NCBI GenBank assembly: GCA_040081625.1
Contig: JBEBGD010000119.1
Coordinates: 1-16,227 of the forward strand
DNA length: 16,227 nucleotides
Source of the DNA: Chthoniobacteraceae bacterium
Lineage (GTDB): Bacteria > Verrucomicrobiota > Verrucomicrobiia > Chthoniobacterales > Chthoniobacteraceae
Reading direction: 5' to 3'
Shown piece after piece: positions 7,401 through 15,058 of this stretch (position 1 is its first letter; every line of letters starts with the position of its first letter). The position numbers and the translations under genes were made by a program. The notes beneath the pieces were generated by a model. The model worked only from the letters and a program-made list of their open reading frames with translations. It was not told the DNA's origin and ran no database searches.

Positions 7401-7474
7401 CGAAGACGGAGGCGGCAAAAGTGCGCGCCGACTTCGAGGCGAAGTGGCGGCCGAACCGGCAGGCGGCGAACTAA
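4436..7474 (+). CDS. Secreted planctomycete-type cytochrome c domain + WD40 beta-propeller + long Ala/Lys/Glu-rich coiled-coil protein
   Basis: ATG 4436 preferred to 4394 because it gives a signal peptide ([25 protein letters not shown]). [30 protein letters not shown] has CxxCH, with likely Met ligand in KMPPKG. WD40 repeats [59 protein letters not shown]..KIWD. About 550 aa of helical low-complexity C-terminal sequence. Confidence 0.88.
   Translation: [1012 protein letters not shown]
6350..7132 (+). repeat. Two diverged copies of a ~64-aa module (6350-6541 and 6941-7132) inside the coiled-coil
   Basis: [47 protein letters not shown] versus [47 protein letters not shown]; offset 591 nt, no gaps. 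Confidence 0.9.
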
Positions 7475-7534
7475 GTTTTCTCTCGCAGTCATCCTGCGAC
7501 TCCGCGCCGATGAACCTAGGAGACTCTTGAAATA

Positions 7535-7616
7535 GTCCACAGATTTCACGGATGGACACAGATTCGGCCAGAAAGTCCGTTCAGCTTATCTGTGAAAATC
7601 GGTGCAATCGGTGGAC
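7535..7616. repeat. Imperfect inverted repeat built from triplicated CAC(A/G/C)GAT units
   Basis: Left arm 7535-7563 GTCCACAGATTTCACGGATGGACACAGAT. Reverse complement of right arm 7588-7616 is GTCCACCGATTGCACCGATTTTCACAGAT: 23/29 identical, 24-nt spacer. Confidence 0.8.
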
Positions 7617-7674
7617 AACCACCGCGGCGTCGAGTTCTTCAACCGGCTGCCAGGGTGGCCGCTGTATCCTGCGG

Positions 7675-7849
7675 TCGCGGAGCGACCTCGTGAAGGTAGC
7701 AGAGGGCTTCAGCCCACGGCGATTGTGGAAGAACGGCGCGTCGCGTAGCAACGGTTGTCCGCGGATTCAAACGTCGCCATGCGACGCCTCGCGGTGCGCA
7801 AGGGCCGTGGGCTGAAGCCCACGGCTACCTTCACCGGCTCGCTACGCGA
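7675..7849. repeat. REPIN-like nested palindrome with two inverted GTAG-type REP units
   Basis: Outer arms 7675-7720 and 7804-7849 are 40/46 complementary. Each carries GTAG followed by a hairpin (perfect CCGTGGGCT-GA-AGCCCACGG at 7805-7824 followed by CTAC; degenerate copy at 7696-7719). Inner arms 7738-7757 and 7768-7787 are 16/20 complementary. Confidence 0.85.
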
Positions 7850-7928
7850 GGGAGGCGCGGGGCGCTCGCCGGTTCATCCCGCCCAAAATATCACGCACGG
7901 GTGTTCGGTTCCTCAGGATGACGAACGC

Positions 7929-9293
7929 TCAGACGACCTTCGTCTTGCCCGGGATCGCGCGCGGGTAGAGGCCATCGGGGCCGGGCTTGGTCGGCGGCTC
8001 GATGGTCTGCCATGCGTCGGCTTTGCCTTCGTAGAAGGCCTTCGGAAAGACCCCGATCTCGCTCTTGAGCGCGGCGTCATATTCGAGCTCCTTGCCGGAA
8101 TACGCAGCCATGCGGCCGAGGATGGCGGTCATGGTGCTCGACGCGCCGTGCTCGATCTCGCTGTAGGCCTTGCCCTCGCGGATCGCGGTGAAGAGATCGG
8201 TGTGCTCCTGCTGGTAGGCGTCGCGCGGGCCGCCTTGCTCGTTGTAGCGCCACTGGTTATCGCCGGTGATGATGTAGCGGTTGATGTCGCTGCGGCCCTT
8301 GGTGCCCTGCACGTGTTCGCTGACGGAGTTCCAACAGCCGGGCTGATGCCGGCAGTAGCTGTAACAGATCGAGCCGTCGGCGTATTCGAACTCGCAGGCG
8401 AAGTGATCGAAGGCTTCGCCGTCATCGCTGCCGCCGAGGTTGATCTCGCGGCCGCCCATGGCGCGGGCTTTGACCGGCGGGCCTTTTTTCACCCAGTTGA
8501 TGACGTCGATGTTGTGGATGTGCTGCTCGGTGATGTGGTCGCCACAGATCCAGGTGAAGTAATACCAGTTGCGGAGCTGGTATTCGAGCTCGGTGAGCTT
8601 CTTGCCGAGTTGCACCTCGAGGTCGGCGCGCTTCTTCTGCCACGGACGCTGGCCATTCCAGTAGCAGCGTGCCGAGGTGATGTCACCGATCGCGCCGTCG
8701 TGCAGGCGCTGGACGGTCTCGATGTAGCCTTTCTGGTGATGGCGCTGGAGGCCGACGCCGATCTTGAGGTTCTTTTTCTTCGCCTCGACGGCGGCGGCGA
8801 GCACGCGGCGCACGCCATCGGCATCGCTGGCCACGGGCTTCTCCATGAAGATGTGTTTGCCCTGACGCACGGCTTCCTCGAAGTGCACCGGGCGGAAGCC
8901 GGGCGGCGTGCTGAGGATGACGACGTCGGCTTCGGCGATGGCTTTCTTGTAGGCGTCGAAGCCGAGGAATTGCCGATCCTTCGGCACGTCTGCACTTTCG
9001 CCGTGGGTCTTCTGGAGGTTCTTGAGGGCGGACTCCATCCTGTCCTCGTGGATGTCGCCGGCGGCGACGAGTTTCACCGGGCCGAGATTGGAGGTGTTCA
9101 GCGCCTGGCTCGCGGCGCCCGAGCCGCGACCGCCGCAGCCGATCAGGGCGAGCTTGAGCGTGTCGCTATTGGACGCGCCGAAGGCGAAGCGATCGACGGG
9201 AAGCGCGCTCACGGCGACGACGGCGCCGCTGCTTTTGAGGAAGCTGCGGCGGGAGGACAAGGCGGCGGGAATAATGCGTGATGGCGGATTCAT
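7929..9293 (-). CDS. Gfo/Idh/MocA-family oxidoreductase with twin-arginine signal (454 aa)
   Basis: Tat motif SRRSFLK, Rossmann LALIGCGGRG, STPPGFRPVH, HIFMEKPVA, EQHIHNID. Confidence 0.92.
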   Translation of the reverse strand: MNPPSRIIPAALSSRRSFLKSSGAVVAVSALPVDRFAFGASNSDTLKLALIGCGGRGSGAASQALNTSNLGPVKLVAAGDIHEDRMESALKNLQKTHGESADVPKDRQFLGFDAYKKAIAEADVVILSTPPGFRPVHFEEAVRQGKHIFMEKPVASDADGVRRVLAAAVEAKKKNLKIGVGLQRHHQKGYIETVQRLHDGAIGDITSARCYWNGQRPWQKKRADLEVQLGKKLTELEYQLRNWYYFTWICGDHITEQHIHNIDVINWVKKGPPVKARAMGGREINLGGSDDGEAFDHFACEFEYADGSICYSYCRHQPGCWNSVSEHVQGTKGRSDINRYIITGDNQWRYNEQGGPRDAYQQEHTDLFTAIREGKAYSEIEHGASSTMTAILGRMAAYSGKELEYDAALKSEIGVFPKAFYEGKADAWQTIEPPTKPGPDGLYPRAIPGKTKVV

Positions 9294-9440
9294 AGCGGGG
9301 TGTGAGGTGGTCTATTGGAGAGAAGGGGCGCGAAGCTAGAGCAAGCACGCGGCGTTTGGCTACGCCTGATTCACGGAGCAGAAACATTTTTCTCGAGTGA
9401 CGCAAACGGGGAAGTTTTTGGCACGGGCCAAGCGAACATG

Positions 9441-9449
9441 TGATATTAT
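9441..9449 (+). promoter_or_regulatory. Possible extended -10 element (TGnTATTAT) upstream of the GH16 gene
   Basis: TGATATTAT in an AT-rich patch of the divergent intergenic region, 10 nt before the proposed GTG. No well-spaced -35 element. Confidence 0.3.
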
Positions 9450-9459
9450 CAAACACTCA

Positions 9460-10278
9460 GTGATTAAGACCTTCCTCCTAAAGTCACTCGCCAGCGCCAT
9501 CACGGCCCTGGCGATGACGGCAGGTTCGGCCTCATTCGCGGGAGGGGAGTATCAGCTCGTGCTCGCGGATGAGTTCGAGGGGGCGGCGCTCAACCGCTCG
9601 GTATGGACGACGACGATGGCCTTCATCGGGCGCACCGGTGCGCGGTATCACAACCCGGCATACCTCTCCTACTCGACCGATGATGACGCGATCGTGAACG
9701 CCGGCACACTGCGATTGCGCGCGGACTCGATCGGCATCGAAGGCAGCGATCCGGTCGGCCGCTTCGAGTTCACCCAAGGCTTCGTCTCCACTCACGACAG
9801 CTTCTCTTTCACCTACGGCTACGTGGAAGTGCGCGCGAAGATGCCGGGCGGGCGCGGGATGTGGCCGACGATCTGGCTGATGCCCTCGGACCACACATGG
9901 CCGCCGGAGTTCGACATCGCGGAATACTTCGGCACGCCGCAGCACCTCCGCGTCGGACTGGCCAGCGGCACGATGACCGACGTGCGTTGGGACGATGCGG
10001 TCTTCATCGAACCGTCGGTGGAAACAGAATGGCACACCTACAGCCTGATTTGGGAGAAAGGCCACGCGGTCTTCATGCTCGATGGCGAGGTGAAGCTCGA
10101 GGTCTGGGGCTCGCAGGTGCCCGACAAGGCGATGTATGTGATCCTCAATAACGCGGTCAGCTCGCGCTTCGGCCCGACGGGTGAGCCGGACGGCTCGACC
10201 ATCTTCCCGAACTTCCTCGAGGTCGATTACGTGCGCGTGTATCAGCGCGCGGAGACGGTCGTGGTGGCAGCGCCGTAG
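9460..10278 (+). CDS. Glycoside hydrolase family 16 (laminarinase-like), probably secreted
   Basis: LVLADEFEG, FTYGYVEVRAKMPGGRGMWPTIWLM, catalytic EFDIAE (ExDxxE), WHTYSLIW, LEVDYVRVYQ. GTG 9460 gives a signal-peptide-like N-terminus; the longest ORF starts at 9397. Confidence 0.9.
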   Translation: MIKTFLLKSLASAITALAMTAGSASFAGGEYQLVLADEFEGAALNRSVWTTTMAFIGRTGARYHNPAYLSYSTDDDAIVNAGTLRLRADSIGIEGSDPVGRFEFTQGFVSTHDSFSFTYGYVEVRAKMPGGRGMWPTIWLMPSDHTWPPEFDIAEYFGTPQHLRVGLASGTMTDVRWDDAVFIEPSVETEWHTYSLIWEKGHAVFMLDGEVKLEVWGSQVPDKAMYVILNNAVSSRFGPTGEPDGSTIFPNFLEVDYVRVYQRAETVVVAAP

Positions 10279-10377
10279 TCCCGGCAGCGGATGCCGCGGC
10301 GATTGGTAAATCGGCATTTGCAAACTGGCGTCCCCCGCTATCTTGCCCGCCCTTTTCTCCGGCCACCAATCCACACC

Positions 10378-11715
10378 ATGAACGTCGAAGTCGAAATCCT
10401 CCCCAATTGCCTCGCCTCCTTAAAGATCGAGGTCGAGGCCGAGAAAGTGACCAGCACTCGCGAGGCGATCGTGCGGGAATTTACGCAGCAAGCGCGACTG
10501 CCCGGCTTCCGCCCGGGCAAGATTCCGCGCACGACGATCGAGTCGCGCTTCAAGGAGCAAATCCGCGAGGAGCTCCAGCGCAAGCTGGTGCAGGAAAGCG
10601 CGCGCGAAGCCATCCAAACGAAGGGCCTGCGCGTGCTCCAACTCGCGAGTGTCGATGACGTCGAACTGCCGGAGATCGACGGCAGCCCGGCGAAATTCAC
10701 GGCGACCGTCGTCACGCAGCCGGAGTTCGAGTTGCCGGTTTACAAGGGCCTCATGGTCCACATGCGCAACTCCGATGTGACCGACGCGGAGATCGCGCAG
10801 TCCATCGAGCGGCTGCGCGAGCAGGCCGCCGACTTCGATGACATCGAGGAGGATCGCGGCGTGGCGATGGAGGATTTCGCGGTGGTCAATTACAAGGGCA
10901 CCATCGACGGCAAGCCGGTGGACGAGCTTTTTCCCAAGGCTGGCAAGCCGCTCGCGCGTGGCGAAGAGTTTTGGATCAAGATGACCGAGGACGCCTTCTT
11001 CCCCGGCTACTGCGCGGCGATGGTCGGCGCGAAGCCGGGCGAACGGCGCGAGTTCGACGTGACGGTGCCGGACGACTTTCCGGTCGAGGGGATGCCCGGC
11101 AAGGTGATCCACTACGGCGTCACGCTCCGCGGCATCAAGGCAAAGAAACTGCCCGAGCTGAACGACGAATTTGCATCGACCATCGTGAAAGGGAAGACGC
11201 TCGCCGAACTGCGCGACGTGGCGCGCGAGGAGATCGGCCGGCGCAAGAAATCCGAAGGTGAAACCTTCAAGCGCACCGAAGTCATGCGCCAGCTCCTCAC
11301 GAGGGTCGAGTGCGAGCTTCCCACCAGCCTCGTGCGTTCGCACACGCAGCAGATCATCAACGACATCGTCGAGGAAAACACCGCGCGCGGCGTCGCCGAG
11401 TCCATCCTCAAGGACAACGAGAAGGACATCGTCACCAGCGCCACCGCCAACGCGAGGGACCGCATCAAGGGCACGTTCGTCCTGCTGCGCATCGCGGAGA
11501 AGGAAGAGATCAAAGTCGCCCGCGAGGAACTGCTCGGCCGCGTCGCCACGATCGCGCAGCGCGCGAACATGGGCTTCGAGAAAATGATGAAGGAACTCGA
11601 GCAGCGCGGAGCCCTCGAACAGATTCACGAAGAGATGCTGACGGCCAAGGTTCTTGATTTCCTGGTCGCCAACGCTAGCCTCACCACCGCACCGCTCCTC
11701 GTCTCGGCGAGCTGA
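10378..11715 (+). CDS. tig: Trigger factor
   Basis: MNVEVEILPNC N-terminus (ATG 10378 preferred to 10291), ribosome-binding signature LPGFRPGKIP, FKBP-like VVNYKGTIDG, LPELNDEFA; lies directly upstream of clpP-clpX. Confidence 0.95.
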   Translation: MNVEVEILPNCLASLKIEVEAEKVTSTREAIVREFTQQARLPGFRPGKIPRTTIESRFKEQIREELQRKLVQESAREAIQTKGLRVLQLASVDDVELPEIDGSPAKFTATVVTQPEFELPVYKGLMVHMRNSDVTDAEIAQSIERLREQAADFDDIEEDRGVAMEDFAVVNYKGTIDGKPVDELFPKAGKPLARGEEFWIKMTEDAFFPGYCAAMVGAKPGERREFDVTVPDDFPVEGMPGKVIHYGVTLRGIKAKKLPELNDEFASTIVKGKTLAELRDVAREEIGRRKKSEGETFKRTEVMRQLLTRVECELPTSLVRSHTQQIINDIVEENTARGVAESILKDNEKDIVTSATANARDRIKGTFVLLRIAEKEEIKVAREELLGRVATIAQRANMGFEKMMKELEQRGALEQIHEEMLTAKVLDFLVANASLTTAPLLVSAS

Positions 11716-11736
11716 TATTTCCTTGATTCCCGGACC

Positions 11737-12402
11737 ATGATCCATACGCCGCAAAACAACTACTTCATCCCATACGTCGTCGAGCAAACCGGTCGCGGCG
11801 AGCGCAGCTACGACATTTACAGCCGCCTGCTCAAGGACCGCATCATCTTCCTCGGCACCGCCATCGACGACGGCGTGGCGAATTCGATCATCGCGCAGCT
11901 CCTCTTTCTGCAGATGGACGACGGGAAGAAGGACATCAACCTTTACATCAATTCACCCGGTGGCTCGGTCACTGCTGGATTGGCGATTTACGACACCATG
12001 CAGTTCCTGACTTGCGACGTGAACACCTATTGCATCGGCATGGCAGCCTCGATGGGCGCCGTGCTGCTCGCGGCTGGCACGAAGGGCAAGCGCTTCGCGC
12101 TGCCGAACTCCGACATCATGATCCATCAGGTCAGCGGTGGCGCGCAGGGCACCGCCAGCGATGTCGAGCGCACCGTCGAGTTCATGTTCAAGCTCAAGAA
12201 GCGCCTGATTAAGATCCTCGCCGACCACACCGGCAAGCCCGTGGACAAGGTCAAGGACGACTCCGATCGCGACTACTACATGACTGCCGACGAGGCGAAG
12301 GCCTACGGGGTCGTCGATGAAGTCGTCAAGAGCCGCAAGGAACTGCCCGCCGATCTCCAGACCGTCTCGAGCGAATCCAAGTCCGAAAAATCCGAACCCT
12401 GA
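11737..12402 (+). CDS. clpP: ATP-dependent Clp protease proteolytic subunit
   Basis: [31 protein letters not shown], catalytic GMAASMG (Ser), MIHQ (His), DRDYYM (Asp). Confidence 0.98.
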   Translation: MIHTPQNNYFIPYVVEQTGRGERSYDIYSRLLKDRIIFLGTAIDDGVANSIIAQLLFLQMDDGKKDINLYINSPGGSVTAGLAIYDTMQFLTCDVNTYCIGMAASMGAVLLAAGTKGKRFALPNSDIMIHQVSGGAQGTASDVERTVEFMFKLKKRLIKILADHTGKPVDKVKDDSDRDYYMTADEAKAYGVVDEVVKSRKELPADLQTVSSESKSEKSEP

Positions 12403-12414
12403 TCGCACCCTGAT

Positions 12415-13704
12415 ATGGCCCGCGCCTCAAACCTCACGATGTGCAGCTTCTGCGGGAAATCCCACGCGGAAGTGCGCAAGCTCATCGCCGGCCCGGGGGT
12501 CTATATCTGCGATTCGTGCATCAACGTCTGCAAGGGCATCCTCGACAAGGAACTCACCGAGGACGCGCGGCGCCAATCGACCACGCTGCGCGTGCCGAAG
12601 CCGGTGGAAATCCGCCGCTCGCTCGATCAATACGTGATCGGCCAGGAGCGCGCGAAGAAAGTCCTCAGCGTCGCCGTTCACAATCATTACAAGCGCATCC
12701 TGCACAACCAGTCGCTCGGGCAGGGATCGTCCGTGCAGATGGACCCGCTCGGCGAAGTCGAGATCGAGAAGAGCAACATCCTGCTCATCGGCCCGACCGG
12801 CAGTGGCAAGACGCTGCTCGCCCGCACGCTCGCCCGCGTGCTCGATGTTCCTTTCTGCATCGCCGATGCGACCACGCTCACCGAGGCCGGCTACGTCGGC
12901 GAAGACGTGGAGAACATCATCCTGCGACTGCTTCAGGCCAGCGATTACGACGTGAAGCGCGCGGAGATGGGCATCGTCTATGTCGATGAAATCGACAAGA
13001 TCGGCCGCAAGACCGACAATGTCTCGATCACCCGCGACGTAAGCGGTGAAGGCGTGCAGCAGGCGCTCTTGAAAATCCTCGAGGGCACCACGTGCAACGT
13101 CCCGCCGCAAGGTGGCCGCAAGCATCCGCATCAGGAATACATCCAGGTCAGCACGGAAAAGATTCTCTTCATCTGCGGCGGCGCCTTCGTCGGACTCGAC
13201 AAACTCATCGAGCGTCGCAAGGGCAAGAAGGTCCTCGGTTTCGCCGCGGCCGCCCACAAGGACGAAGCCAAGGAAGCCGAAGTGCCCGCGAGCGAAGTGC
13301 TGCGCTTCACCGAACCTGAAGACCTGCTCACCTTCGGCATGATCCCGGAATTCATCGGCCGTCTGCCCGTCGTGACCGCACTCGATCCGCTAAAGGAAGA
13401 CGAACTCGTGCAAATCCTCACCGAGCCGAAGAACGCGATGGTGAAGCAATACACCAAGCTCCTCTCGATGGAGGGCGTGAGCCTCAGCATCACCAAGGAC
13501 GCCTTGCGCGCGCTCGCGCAGCAGGCTGCGGAGAAAGGCACCGGCGCTCGTGCGCTGCGCGCCATGCTCGAGCGCATCATGCTCGACGTGATGTATGACG
13601 CGCCGAGCCGCGACGACATCGCCGAAGTGGTCGTCAATCGCGCCGTGGTCGAGGGCAAGCGCGGCGCGCTCATCCGCCGCAAGCAGGACAAGGACGCGGC
13701 GTAG
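12415..13704 (+). CDS. clpX: ATP-dependent Clp protease ATP-binding subunit
   Basis: Zn finger CSFCGK..CDSC, Walker A GPTGSGKT, pore loop GYVG, Walker [25 protein letters not shown] loop, LGF loop, GARALR. Confidence 0.98.
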   Translation: MARASNLTMCSFCGKSHAEVRKLIAGPGVYICDSCINVCKGILDKELTEDARRQSTTLRVPKPVEIRRSLDQYVIGQERAKKVLSVAVHNHYKRILHNQSLGQGSSVQMDPLGEVEIEKSNILLIGPTGSGKTLLARTLARVLDVPFCIADATTLTEAGYVGEDVENIILRLLQASDYDVKRAEMGIVYVDEIDKIGRKTDNVSITRDVSGEGVQQALLKILEGTTCNVPPQGGRKHPHQEYIQVSTEKILFICGGAFVGLDKLIERRKGKKVLGFAAAAHKDEAKEAEVPASEVLRFTEPEDLLTFGMIPEFIGRLPVVTALDPLKEDELVQILTEPKNAMVKQYTKLLSMEGVSLSITKDALRALAQQAAEKGTGARALRAMLERIMLDVMYDAPSRDDIAEVVVNRAVVEGKRGALIRRKQDKDAA

Positions 13705-13752
13705 TCCGCCGCCTCGTTGGACAAGCCGGGGCCGCGTGCTAGCCTCGCCCGC

Positions 13753-15048
13753 ATGAAACTGCGGCTGCTCGTTTCCCTCGTCGTCCCCGCCCTCACCGTC
13801 GCGCTTTGCGCGCAGGAGGCGCAGCCATCGGCGCCGAAAAAAGAGGACGACGGCTACTCGCAGATCGCCGTGCTCGCTCGCGCGCTGCAGCTCATCCGGC
13901 AGGATTACGTGGACGACAAAAAGGTGACCTACGAGAAGCTCACGCACGCCGCATTGCGCGGGATGCTCGAATCGCTCGACCCGCACTCGCAGTTCATGGA
14001 GCCCGACGATTTCAAGGGCATGCAGGACGACACGAACTCGCGCTTCGGCGGACTCGGCGTGGTCGTGACTGAGCGCGACGACAAGATCATCATCGTCTCG
14101 CCGATGGAGGACACGCCGGGCTTCAAGGCCGGGCTGCTGCCGGGGGACATCATCATCAAGATCGACGGCGCGCCGACCGAAAAAATGTCGCTCAACGACG
14201 CGATCAACAAACTACGCGGCGAGCCGGGGCAGAAGGTGACGCTCACGATCTTCCGGCCCGCGACAAAGGAATACAAAGACTACACGATGACGCGCGAGGT
14301 CGTGAAAGTGCCGAGCGTGAAGGAAGCGAAGATGCTCAGCGTCGAGCAGACCGGCGGTTTCAAGATCGGCTACGCGCGCATCACGCAATTCAACGTGCCG
14401 ACCGCCGATGAACTCGCGAAGAAACTCGACGAGCTCGAGAAGGAGGGCATGCAGGCCTTCGTCCTCGACCTGCGCTACAACCCCGGCGGCCTGCTCAACT
14501 CCGCCGTCGAAGTCGCCGGCCAGTTCCTCGAACCCGGCAAGCTCGTCGTCTCCACCGAGGGTCGCGTCCCGTCGCAGGACAAGATCTATCGCGTCCCCGG
14601 CACGATGAAGCCGCGCGCGCGTTTCCCGATGGCCGTGCTCATCAACACCGGCAGCGCGAGCGGCAGCGAGATCGTCGCCGGCGCGCTCAAGGACTACAAC
14701 CGCGCGATCCTCGTCGGCGAGACGACCTTCGGAAAAGGCAGCGTGCAAAGTGTCATCCAGCTTCAGGACGGCACCGCGCTGCGGCTCACGACCGCAAAAT
14801 ACTACACGCCGAGCAAGAACGTGATCCACGAGCACGGCGTCGCCCCGACCATTCGCGCGACCATGACCGCCGAGCAGGAGCGCCAGCTCATGTATGCGCG
14901 CCGCGAAGACGTGCCCGAGGAGGAAATGAAGCGCACGCTCGGCAGCTTCCGCGACACGCAACTCGACCGCGCAGTCGATGCGCTCAAGGGCGTGATGATC
15001 TTCGCCGACCGCGCCGCCGGCACGAAGAAGCCCGCGCAGGCGAACTGA
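13753..15048 (+). CDS. ctpA: S41 family carboxy-terminal processing protease (PDZ + peptidase), exported
   Basis: Signal peptide from ATG 13753 (MKLRLLVSLVVPALTVALCA), LDPHS, PDZ FGGLGV, LDLRYNPGGLL, catalytic SASGSEIV and TFGKGSVQ, TTAKYYTPS. Confidence 0.93.
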   Translation: MKLRLLVSLVVPALTVALCAQEAQPSAPKKEDDGYSQIAVLARALQLIRQDYVDDKKVTYEKLTHAALRGMLESLDPHSQFMEPDDFKGMQDDTNSRFGGLGVVVTERDDKIIIVSPMEDTPGFKAGLLPGDIIIKIDGAPTEKMSLNDAINKLRGEPGQKVTLTIFRPATKEYKDYTMTREVVKVPSVKEAKMLSVEQTGGFKIGYARITQFNVPTADELAKKLDELEKEGMQAFVLDLRYNPGGLLNSAVEVAGQFLEPGKLVVSTEGRVPSQDKIYRVPGTMKPRARFPMAVLINTGSASGSEIVAGALKDYNRAILVGETTFGKGSVQSVIQLQDGTALRLTTAKYYTPSKNVIHEHGVAPTIRATMTAEQERQLMYARREDVPEEEMKRTLGSFRDTQLDRAVDALKGVMIFADRAAGTKKPAQAN

Positions 15049-15058
15049 GCCGCTGCGA

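Noticed and set aside
7552..7815. 87-aa ORF in the intergenic region
   Set aside because: Runs through two palindromic repeat elements; no RBS or protein-like features.
7755..9281. 508-aa plus-strand ORF
   Set aside because: Antisense mirror of the Gfo/Idh/MocA gene, which has clear family motifs.
10279..10377. tRNA or intrinsic terminator upstream of tig
   Set aside because: No cloverleaf or T-loop motif. The hairpin around 10291-10317 is bulged and followed by only a short T run, too weak to call.
10420..11787. 455-aa minus-strand ORF and similar antisense ORFs over clpP, clpX and ctpA
   Set aside because: Antisense shadows of conserved housekeeping genes in high-GC DNA.
12415..13704. 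ClpX has LGF instead of IGF
   Set aside because: LGF is a normal variant of the ClpP-docking loop.
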